Virus record (IMG/VR): IMGVR_UViG_3300034092_003233
Location: 11,050-75,049 of that record
DNA: 64,000 nucleotides
Source: a virus
Strand: one strand, 5' to 3'
Below, piece after piece: positions 56,404 to 64,000 of this stretch; position 1 is the stretch's first letter, and each line of letters starts with the position of its first letter. Made by a program: the position numbers and the translations under genes. Under the pieces are notes generated by a model that ran no database searches, was not told the DNA's origin, and saw only the letters and a list, made by a program, of their open reading frames with translations.

Positions 56404-58121
56404 GATACATTTAGTTTACTAAAATTCTTTTTCTTTTCAAGGGTAATGATTGTTGGAAATTTATCAGCCAATGTATCTGCTCGATGTGATATCACAAAAA
56501 TATTTGTTTTAGAATCAAGACCAGTTAATAGTTTCATGAATTCTTCTGCGCCGACTGCATCCAAAGAAGAATCAAATACTTCATCCAGAATCAACAAATT
56601 ACAATTTGCACTATTTTTGACTCTAGCGACTTCTCTCCAAGCCAATAGAAGAGAAAGATCAATACGCATCTTTTCGCCTTCACTGAAACTCATGTAACTA
56701 AATGTGTCTCTGTTCCGGCTTTTGATTGTTTCATTGAATTCTTCATCTAAATTAAACTGGGCAAAGAAATCCATAGCAGACAAAAACTTATTTACCGTTT
56801 TATTGATGATTGGCAAATAGTTCTTGATGATTTTGCCCTTAATACCAGAATCTTTCAATAAAATAGAAGCAATGTCCATACAACGAAGAGATTCTTGAAG
56901 TTTAATTCTTTCTTGATAAATGACTTCTAGTTTTTCTTCAATTGCCTCTAGTTCTTTTGTTTCTAGTTCTATTTCATCACTGCTAACAGATGACTTTTCG
57001 ATATCTTTTGTTAATTCTTTTATGTTTGCCAAAAGATTATCGTGAGTAATTTTTGTCTGTGCAATGATAACTTTAATGTCATTAATTTCATTTTGAAGTT
57101 TAATATATTCTTCTAATTGAGTTTCTGCCTTAACTATTTGACTTTCAATTTCAGTTATTGCCTTTTTGTATTCATCATTTTTTTGGCTTTTTGAATCTAT
57201 TTGATCTTTTTTAAATGATTCTGTAATCGCTTGTTTACAAGTTGGGCAGTTATCATTATCGTGATAAAAACCGATATCTCTATCACAATTATCTTTGTTT
57301 TGTTGAATCTGAGTTTTAAGTTTTTCAAACCTCTTTATGGCAGTTTCTACTTTGTTTTTAGCAGCAATATCAAAAGATATAGATGCTAGTTTTGTTTCTT
57401 GATCTTTCTTTTTAACAAGAACAGTATCACAGTCTGTATTCAACTGTTCGATTTTTTTACTTATTGCATTTCTTGATTCTGCGCTTTTGTTCTTTAGACT
57501 CTGAATGAACTTTTTCTTTAGTTGAATTTTTTCATTTTCTAAAGTCATATTATTTTCATGCGTGTAAAGAATGCTTTTTGTTTCAGCAATTTTACCCTTA
57601 AGTAATGTGTTCATGGTAGTGAAAACATTGATATCCAAGATATCTTCGATTACAGACCTACGATCCGCAGCAGAAAGTTGCATGAATGGCACAAACGAAG
57701 AACTTCCCAAAATCACTACCTGTGTAAATGATTTGTAGTTCATTCTAAGAATCTGATCTTCAAAATATTCTTGATAATCTTTATTTTTTGCGTCTTGGTT
57801 TAATAGTACATCATTCTTAAAAATTTCAAAAATCTTTGGAGACAACCCACGGCGAACAAAATACTGATCCTCACCAATTTCAAATGTTAGTTCAACAATA
57901 CAATCTTTCTTGTTTATCGAATTCACCAACTGAGGGATATTAATTTTCCTAAATGGCTTTCCAAATAAAGCAAAGGTTATAGAGTCAAGAAATGCAAATG
58001 ATTTACCATTTCCGTTTGTTCCTGATACTAGTGTGTTTTTCCTAGAATCTAAATGAATCTCAGTAAACACATTTCCAAATGAACCAAAATTTTTAAAACG
58101 AATTTTCTTAAAAACAATCAT
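56400..58121 (-). CDS. gp46: Recombination ATPase gp46 (Rad50/SbcC-like)
   Basis: GTNGNGKS, CPTC zinc hook, FSEGEK, LDEVFDSSLD. Confidence 0.95.
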   Translation of the reverse strand: MIVFKKIRFKNFGSFGNVFTEIHLDSRKNTLVSGTNGNGKSFAFLDSITFALFGKPFRKINIPQLVNSINKKDCIVELTFEIGEDQYFVRRGLSPKIFEIFKNDVLLNQDAKNKDYQEYFEDQILRMNYKSFTQVVILGSSSFVPFMQLSAADRRSVIEDILDINVFTTMNTLLKGKIAETKSILYTHENNMTLENEKIQLKKKFIQSLKNKSAESRNAISKKIEQLNTDCDTVLVKKKDQETKLASISFDIAAKNKVETAIKRFEKLKTQIQQNKDNCDRDIGFYHDNDNCPTCKQAITESFKKDQIDSKSQKNDEYKKAITEIESQIVKAETQLEEYIKLQNEINDIKVIIAQTKITHDNLLANIKELTKDIEKSSVSSDEIELETKELEAIEEKLEVIYQERIKLQESLRCMDIASILLKDSGIKGKIIKNYLPIINKTVNKFLSAMDFFAQFNLDEEFNETIKSRNRDTFSYMSFSEGEKMRIDLSLLLAWREVARVKNSANCNLLILDEVFDSSLDAVGAEEFMKLLTGLDSKTNIFVISHRADTLADKFPTIITLEKKKNFSKLNVS

Positions 58122-59158
58122 ATAGAAAGGCTCTCAATATACAATTCATGAATAAGAGTTTTTATCTTTGTTTTATCTTCTGATATTTCTAACTTGTCTA
58201 TTTCTTCATTAATAATACTCATAGTATCCTGAGTTGTGTCTATATCATCTGAAGATGTTTCTACCATTTCTTCGACAATATTAAGATTTATAACACCAGC
58301 CAAAACCATTTTATCTACCCATTGATCAAACTTAACGGCGTTTGTTTTCTTAGAAACTAGAACCTTAACATAGGAGTTCTTGTAATGAGAAAAATCATCA
58401 CCCATTGGATCCTTTTTAGTATCATCATAAACAATGATATGATACATTTTTTCTGGGTTTTGAATGAATTCTAATTCTCTAGTTTCTGTATCAAATACAT
58501 GAAATCCTTTGTTTAGTCTGGCATCAGAAAATGTAATTTGATATTGTGTTCCCAGATAATGAACATTTTTCTTTGATGCTTTACCATGAAAATGACCACT
58601 CAATACCATGTCATAACAAGACAACACAGTATCATCCATACCGCCTTCAAAATTAATTCCCGGTATTACTTCATATCCATTGAGTTCAAAATGACCACAA
58701 ATAATTGAAGCGGGGCAAGTCTTTATAAAAGAATGAAATATTTGCTCGTTTTCTTTGTTTATCCAAGGAACCATTGCAATTTTAAGACCATCAAACTCTA
58801 AAAGAGTTGGTTCTTCATATAAATGAATATGCTTATACCGATTGGTAAATAGTTCCCGTATTGAATTAATCGCATTGGTGTTCTTAAAAAATGTATCATG
58901 GTTGCCAAGAATACAATGCAAATCTATATTATTTTTTTCAAACACTTCAATAAAATCACTTCGAACTCTTGCAAGTGTATTGAAGTTAACAAACTTTCTG
59001 CGATCCATAAGGTCGCCCAAATGAAGTACTGTTTTTATTGCATGTGTTTCACAGTATGGAAAAAACTGCTCATTAAAGAAACGCATGAAATAATCCAGAA
59101 ATAATGGAGAATCATTTCTGGCACCAAAGTGCGTATCATTGATAATTGCAATCTTCAT
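58118..59158 (-). CDS. gp47: Recombination nuclease gp47 (Mre11/SbcD-like)
   Basis: DTHFG, GDLMD, GNHD, GHFE, SGHFH. Confidence 0.95.
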   Translation of the reverse strand: MKIAIINDTHFGARNDSPLFLDYFMRFFNEQFFPYCETHAIKTVLHLGDLMDRRKFVNFNTLARVRSDFIEVFEKNNIDLHCILGNHDTFFKNTNAINSIRELFTNRYKHIHLYEEPTLLEFDGLKIAMVPWINKENEQIFHSFIKTCPASIICGHFELNGYEVIPGINFEGGMDDTVLSCYDMVLSGHFHGKASKKNVHYLGTQYQITFSDARLNKGFHVFDTETRELEFIQNPEKMYHIIVYDDTKKDPMGDDFSHYKNSYVKVLVSKKTNAVKFDQWVDKMVLAGVINLNIVEEMVETSSDDIDTTQDTMSIINEEIDKLEISEDKTKIKTLIHELYIESLSI

Positions 59159-59712
59159 CTCTTCTTTTTTTTCTTCTTTGGTTCAAACTTTTTAATATCG
59201 TTTTCACTTATTTGAAAATATTCAGACATGGCTTCTCTTACATTGTCTTTATCAAAATAGTTTTCTTTGAACCATTTGTGATAATTGCCATCGTCATGAA
59301 TTTCTGTCATCTTAAGTTTAATGTATGCCTGTTTTTTCTCTTTTTCTATTCTTCGCAAGAACGCATAATATATGATCTGCGTAAAATACGAAAATGGATT
59401 TTTTGATTTTTCTGGGTCGAAATTATGGGCATACATTAAACAGTTTTCTATACCATCAGAAACCATTTCCTCCCTGTATGGGTAGTTCATAAAATTTACT
59501 TTTCTAGACAAATGTTCAGCAATATTCATAAAACACTCGCCTATGTAATTTGTTATGGGTGGTCTAGGTTCATCTAATTCTTCTGCTTCTGTGCATAATT
59601 TCTTCCAAAGAATCATTTCTTCATAAAACTTTTTATTATCGATGTAATGATCCTTGATGTCGTTATCTAATTTTAATTCGACATCAGGTTTCTTTTTTTT
59701 CTTTTTAGCCAT
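59155..59712 (-). CDS. gp55: Late-transcription sigma factor gp55
   Basis: HYIDNKKF...NFMNYPYREEMVSDGIENC...NPFSYFTQIIYYAFLRRIEKEKKQ. Confidence 0.95.
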   Translation of the reverse strand: MAKKKKKKPDVELKLDNDIKDHYIDNKKFYEEMILWKKLCTEAEELDEPRPPITNYIGECFMNIAEHLSRKVNFMNYPYREEMVSDGIENCLMYAHNFDPEKSKNPFSYFTQIIYYAFLRRIEKEKKQAYIKLKMTEIHDDGNYHKWFKENYFDKDNVREAMSEYFQISENDIKKFEPKKKKKKR

Positions 59713-59864
59713 ACTAAATGTACTCCAGAGCAGAATATTAATTCAAACCATCATAAAAATCAAGAAAAATTACTTGATTTCTCTTGACATGAGTGTTACA
59801 CTTTCTGTGTATGGTATGAGAAAAGGTATAGTTCTTAAAGAATATACTAAGTATCTCTATATAC

Positions 59865-60602
59865 TCACTTATAATCTGTTGAGTCCGGATCCGGATCCCA
59901 GTCAGTCCACTTATTACCAAAGTCTTTTCTATTGGTTTGATCTCCGGTAAATTTTTTATCATTAATAGATTCACGATTATTTTTTCTTTTCTTTTTCTTG
60001 TTTTTATTATTTAAATTGAAGTGTTCGATCATTTCCATTATATCACGGGGATCAATTAATCCTTCGTTTATCATAAAAGCCAAAACTTCAGGACCAAAAA
60101 CCATATTCATATGGATAATATGATCTTTATTCATATCGTTTTTATTTGATTTATTTTTTGGTCTTCTTTTAGACTTTATCTCTTCTTCTAAGTCTAGATC
60201 TTCGAAGATGCTGGCAAACATGTCAGATATCATATTTTCATATTCTTCGGGAGAAGGAGGTGTCTTCTTTTGTTTGGGGGCAAAATCTTCTAATTCTTTT
60301 GTCTCAAAGACAGAATCAATTTGCATTTCCTTTTGTACCAGATAATGTGAAACAACATCTCTTGTTGGTTCTAACATTGTGGCAATAAAGTCAGAAGGAA
60401 TTGTTGTTTGTGTTTCTTTACCAAAGAGTAGCCAATTTTTTAGAACTATACCTTCACGCGGCAAACCAGTGTGATCAGAAATCACTACTGTTTTAAAAAC
60501 CATTGGCTTATCTAAAAGAAAATTTCCGCCATCTGTTTCCGAAACAGTTGCTATTAATTCTTCGCCACTCTTTAACTTAATTATTTTGTAACTCTGGGAC
60601 AT
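59865..60602 (-). CDS. Conserved hypothetical protein (Sm-like N-terminal domain) between uvsW and gp55
   Basis: IIKLKSGEELIA...P N-terminus; synteny. Confidence 0.6.
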   Translation of the reverse strand: MSQSYKIIKLKSGEELIATVSETDGGNFLLDKPMVFKTVVISDHTGLPREGIVLKNWLLFGKETQTTIPSDFIATMLEPTRDVVSHYLVQKEMQIDSVFETKELEDFAPKQKKTPPSPEEYENMISDMFASIFEDLDLEEEIKSKRRPKNKSNKNDMNKDHIIHMNMVFGPEVLAFMINEGLIDPRDIMEMIEHFNLNNKNKKKKRKNNRESINDKKFTGDQTNRKDFGNKWTDWDPDPDSTDYK

Positions 60603-60604
60603 TT

Positions 60605-62101
60605 TTAATTCTCCTTTATTCGCAGAGATACCAACTTATTCTTAAACTTCTCTTTATTATATAGTTTTATTCTTTCATCCATATGATTGAGAGAATGGTT
60701 TCGATATTTTTTGTATCGCAAATCGTCACCTATGTCATACACATCCACTGCGGTTTTAGATTCACTTTTTCTTAATCCTCTACCAATAGATTGTAAAACT
60801 CTAACTACGGACTTTGAGGGAGAAGCAAAAATTATATTATGAATGTTTTTAATATTTATTCCCGTAGAACATGTACCGTAAGATGCTAACAATATTGCAT
60901 TGCTTCCTTTATCTACAACTTTTCGTATTTCTTCCCGTTGTTCTACATCCGTGCCACCGTGAATAAAATATATTTCTTTTTCTGAAATGGATTGTTTAAA
61001 CATTTCAAAAAGTGGTTTTCCATGAAGTTCTACAAAATTAAATAAAACTAAAGTATTTCCTTTTAACTGTTTGGCTAAATCTTTTATAAACAAATTTCTT
61101 CGTTTACATGTTATTAACCATTTAATTTCTTCTTTGTAGAGCATTCTTTTTGTTTCTTCTATATCTTTATTTCCATAGTTCAATAGAATGCAATTTATGG
61201 TTAGATCAGATAATAGATTTTTTTGTATTAAAGCAGAAGTAGAAGTGACATGCAAAACTCTACCAAACAATCCTTCTATTACTAGTTTATGAGTGTGAGT
61301 CCCATCTAGAGTACCAGTTGTACCAATTCTGATTGGGCATTCTGTTAATTTTGACATCAAAGATGATAATGATTTTGCTTTGAATAAATGGCATTCATCT
61401 CCTATTACCATATCAAAGTCATCGAAAAATTCTTTTGGCATTTTGTAAATACTTTGCCATGTAGATATCACTACTTTTTTGTGCGTGTGTTTTTCTTTTC
61501 CGGAGGAAATGGTATGACAGTACCGATTTACTGACCATTTATTTTCAGTAGAATAGTCTTCAAAATCACTAAACATTTGGGAAACTAATCCAATTGTAGG
61601 AACTACTACTAATATTTTTTTGTCTGTTTTTATTCTGTCTAGAAAGAATCTAATTAAGCAATAAATTATTAAAGATTTACCACTTCCTGTAGGACATAGT
61701 AGTAGAGTTCTTTCTTTGTTTATCGCATGAGTTATTGCTTTTATTTGGTAATCGTGTGCTGTTATTCTTTTCTTTGACGCAGTAGGTCTTATAAATTCTT
61801 CAACGAATTTTCCGATTTGTTCCTCTGTGAATTTATTATCCTTTTGATTTGGAACTTCTACTGTATAGTTTCTGTCATTAGCAAACTTTACAACATAATC
61901 CAATAGACCTGAATAAATTGTATGAGTGAACAGATTGAACAAACGAATCTGTCCATCCCATACTTTATTTTTATATGCAGGAGTAAATTGATAATTTGGA
62001 ACAGCAAAGGTGAAGTATTGGTTTAACTCCTTTGCTATAGACCGTTCGCAATTAATTCGAATATAAACTGAGTTTACTTCTTCAATAACCAAATTAGACA
62101 T
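60605..62101 (-). CDS. uvsW: SF2 helicase UvsW
   Basis: WDGQIRLF, PTGSGKS, DECH, TGT, LQSIGRGLR. Confidence 0.95.
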   Translation of the reverse strand: MSNLVIEEVNSVYIRINCERSIAKELNQYFTFAVPNYQFTPAYKNKVWDGQIRLFNLFTHTIYSGLLDYVVKFANDRNYTVEVPNQKDNKFTEEQIGKFVEEFIRPTASKKRITAHDYQIKAITHAINKERTLLLCPTGSGKSLIIYCLIRFFLDRIKTDKKILVVVPTIGLVSQMFSDFEDYSTENKWSVNRYCHTISSGKEKHTHKKVVISTWQSIYKMPKEFFDDFDMVIGDECHLFKAKSLSSLMSKLTECPIRIGTTGTLDGTHTHKLVIEGLFGRVLHVTSTSALIQKNLLSDLTINCILLNYGNKDIEETKRMLYKEEIKWLITCKRRNLFIKDLAKQLKGNTLVLFNFVELHGKPLFEMFKQSISEKEIYFIHGGTDVEQREEIRKVVDKGSNAILLASYGTCSTGINIKNIHNIIFASPSKSVVRVLQSIGRGLRKSESKTAVDVYDIGDDLRYKKYRNHSLNHMDERIKLYNKEKFKNKLVSLRIKEN

Positions 62102-62106
62102 ATCAT

Positions 62107-62114
62107 TATTTATT
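62107..62114 (-). promoter_or_regulatory. Late promoter (AATAAATA) 5 nt upstream of uvsW ATG
   Basis: AATAAATA-atgat-ATG. Confidence 0.55.
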
Positions 62115-62548
62115 CACTGACCATTAGTGAATTTTAACCAATCAATAATGGAACGAATATTCCATTGTCTGTTATTGATTATCTTAATGATATTCTCTAG
62201 GTAATTAACTTTTTCTTTTTGATAATCTAACTTCAACTTAAGTTTGATTACATCATTATCGGATTCAATTAAACGATCAATATCGCCTCTTAAAATACGA
62301 AGATCGTATTGTTCCCATCCATTTTCGTCTAATTCATCCTGACTCATATTGCCATTATAATACAACCACTTCTTCTTTTTTAGAACATTAAGTTCTGATT
62401 CAATTCTAGATAGGCAAAGTTTTTCTTCCATGAAAAACAACAGATACTTATTGTGTATCTGTGGAGTTCTTGCAGATTCTCTTTCTAGTTGAGTTTCATC
62501 TAGAGAGATATCTTTCTTGACCATTTCTTTGAGTTCGTCAAATGTCAT
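62114..62548 (-). CDS. uvsY: Recombination mediator UvsY
   Basis: ESARTPQIHNKYL...YYNG...INNRQWNIRSIIDWLKF. Confidence 0.9.
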   Translation of the reverse strand: MTFDELKEMVKKDISLDETQLERESARTPQIHNKYLLFFMEEKLCLSRIESELNVLKKKKWLYYNGNMSQDELDENGWEQYDLRILRGDIDRLIESDNDVIKLKLKLDYQKEKVNYLENIIKIINNRQWNIRSIIDWLKFTNGQ

Positions 62549-62555
62549 GGCAAAT

Positions 62556-62583
62556 ATTATATCTCAGATATCAATCAAGTCAA
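62556..62583 (-). promoter_or_regulatory. Sigma70-type promoter TTGACT-N16-TATAAT (uvsY, leaderless)
   Basis: -35 at 62583-62578, -10 at 62561-62556, ATG 7 nt downstream. Confidence 0.72.
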
Positions 62584-63102
62584 GGTGCTGAATTCAAAAT
62601 ATGTGTATTTAAAAACGGCTGTTCCGATCAAAGGAACATTGTCTGTGCTTGTAATGTTTAGAGGTATGCTTGACAGAGTAGATGGATATGCGTTTCTAAA
62701 TGTTATTTGAAATTTACCTTTATACGAACTATTTGTCAATATCAATTGAATGTCAGAAAACCTATCTTTAAATTTTAGTGTGTTATCCGTTGATTTGTAA
62801 TTGGCTATTACTGTGATCCAGTCGTATATTTCTCTCCAACCACGCATTTCTTCGTCCATGAGAAATGATACTGATAATGGTCTAAATTGATATTGATTTC
62901 CGGGTATATTTACTACAGTGCTTAATGTTGTGGGTTGAATTAATTCGGCTAGATCTATACTTGGTATGTCAACCTGTTGGGCAAAATATGCAACTGTTGG
63001 TGCTCTGCCTATTTCTAACCGGAAAAAATTACTACTCAAGTAATTGTGATTACTTGGTCTGGATGTGTCTTGTAAAAATTCTCTATCTGGTTTTGTTGCC
63101 AT
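62575..63102 (-). CDS. gp3: Tail completion/sheath stabiliser gp3
   Basis: NYLS...F...P.VAYFAQQVDIP...FLMDEEMRGWREIYDW...FKY; follows gp23. Confidence 0.85.
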   Translation of the reverse strand: MATKPDREFLQDTSRPSNHNYLSSNFFRLEIGRAPTVAYFAQQVDIPSIDLAELIQPTTLSTVVNIPGNQYQFRPLSVSFLMDEEMRGWREIYDWITVIANYKSTDNTLKFKDRFSDIQLILTNSSYKGKFQITFRNAYPSTLSSIPLNITSTDNVPLIGTAVFKYTYFEFSTLT

Positions 63103-63107
63103 ATAAT

Positions 63108-63115
63108 TATTTATC
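63108..63115 (-). promoter_or_regulatory. Late promoter (GATAAATA) 5 nt upstream of gp3 ATG
   Basis: GATAAATA-attat-ATG, right after the gp23 terminator. Confidence 0.6.
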
Positions 63116-63148
63116 AAACAGAAAGGGGGGAGTCTTTCGACTCCCCCC
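63116..63148 (-). terminator. Intrinsic terminator after gp23
   Basis: GGGGGGAGTC-GAAA-GACTCCCCCC followed by TTTCTGTTT. Confidence 0.9.
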
Positions 63149-63175
63149 GATCCATTCTCCCCTGTTAATTACTTA

Positions 63176-64000
63176 TCAGAGTCCGAATCCGGTGTTACCA
63201 TGTAGGTTGGTAACTTGGAAGATTCGGTAGTATTGGTTTCCACCAAGAGCATTGATGTCAGTGTTCTCGGAGAATGGGTTTGCAACCATTCCGTAACGAG
63301 TCTTGAATCCAATCTTTGGTTGGAAAGTGTTTTGATCAACCGCTCTGACCATTTGTAGTGGAACATATGGGCAGTAGAAGATACCGGCATCATATGGTGA
63401 TGTACCACGGTATCCGACTACACAGAAGTTAACACCCAATTTGGCGTATGGATCGATATAAACCTTCATCTTGTTGTTGAGAACACCAACGAAAGTGTTG
63501 CCGGTGTCATCAACATCGAGGTTTGCAGTCATTGCTGGTGCGAGGTTGAGGAAGCCACCCATAGTGAGGGCGCTTGCAACATCGCTTGAGCAGACGAGGA
63601 AGTTACCCTTACCACGACGAGTCTCCTTAGCAATTACATTGCACTCGCGTTCGATTTGGAACATGAGTCCACGGAATCTTTCAGCAGACCAACGACCATC
63701 AGAGTCGGTGTTTAAGTCATAGACACCACCGGTGGCGAAGTTGGTGAGATCGCTTTGAGTTGCACCAGTCTTAGCGACGCGGTAGATGGTGGTGATGAGT
63801 TCGCGGTTGATCTCGTTTAGAATCTCAGTGCTGAGAATGTTGGCGAGTTCGCTTTCTGCATCAAGCCCGTGAACAGCCTTGAGGTCTTGTGCGAGTTCTG
63901 TGGTGTACTCAGCCTTTAGAGCGCGAGTCTTTGCTTCTACAGCAATACGCTCAATGCTGAATGCCATCTCACGGAATTGGGTTCCGCCGGCTTCGCCGAG
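63176..64000 (-). CDS. gp23: Major capsid protein gp23, C-terminal part (5'-truncated by the window edge)
   Basis: EMAFSIE...RALKAEYTTELAQDLKAVHGLDAESELANILSTEI...FYCPYVPL...FQPKIGFKTRYG. Confidence 0.98.
   Translation of the reverse strand, partial: LGEAGGTQFREMAFSIERIAVEAKTRALKAEYTTELAQDLKAVHGLDAESELANILSTEILNEINRELITTIYRVAKTGATQSDLTNFATGGVYDLNTDSDGRWSAERFRGLMFQIERECNVIAKETRRGKGNFLVCSSDVASALTMGGFLNLAPAMTANLDVDDTGNTFVGVLNNKMKVYIDPYAKLGVNFCVVGYRGTSPYDAGIFYCPYVPLQMVRAVDQNTFQPKIGFKTRYGMVANPFSENTDINALGGNQYYRIFQVTNLHGNTGFGL

Noticed and set aside
59654-59974. 98-aa (+) and 78-aa (-) ORFs across the gp55 upstream gap
   Set aside because: They overlap bona fide genes, have low-complexity composition and lack an SD; likely spurious.

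Overview
A 64-kb, AT-rich segment of a large T4-like myovirus genome with the gene order seen in aquatic T4-like phages; the host cannot be assigned from this window. Positions 1-6.35 kb hold + strand late/virion-internal and membrane genes. Everything from 6.58 kb to the right edge is on the - strand. Read right to left it runs: gp23 (partial), gp3, uvsY, uvsW, gp55, gp47, gp46, PLP enzyme, amino-MTase-like, RNase H, gp45, gp44, gp62, regA, a ~30-kb accessory island, dUTPase, gp43, uvsX, gp40-like, gp41, gp61, thyX, class II RNR, metallophosphoesterase, C5 DNA methyltransferase and a RuvC-like nuclease. The island has ~17 kb of nucleotide-sugar/glycosyltransferase genes (including an apparent 3,6-dideoxy C4-branched, yersiniose-type pathway) next to ~13 kb of collagen/fibre/lectin-like genes. 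The most unusual signal is at the strand-convergence point. A ~215-nt apparently non-coding unit (6325-6540, - strand) lies between a perfect T4 late promoter (TATAAATA) and an intrinsic terminator, and it contains an exact 17-nt copy of the 3' tail of bacterial 16S rRNA (GGCUGGAUCACCUCCUU, including the anti-Shine-Dalgarno). It sits next to the RuvC-like gene, a second GC-rich structured element and an RNA-ligase-motif protein. Other points: an out-of-frame nested beta-subunit-like ORF in the C5 MTase, a non-AUG start for RNase H, and several apparently leaderless genes. All product calls come from motif recognition by eye; no database searches were run.
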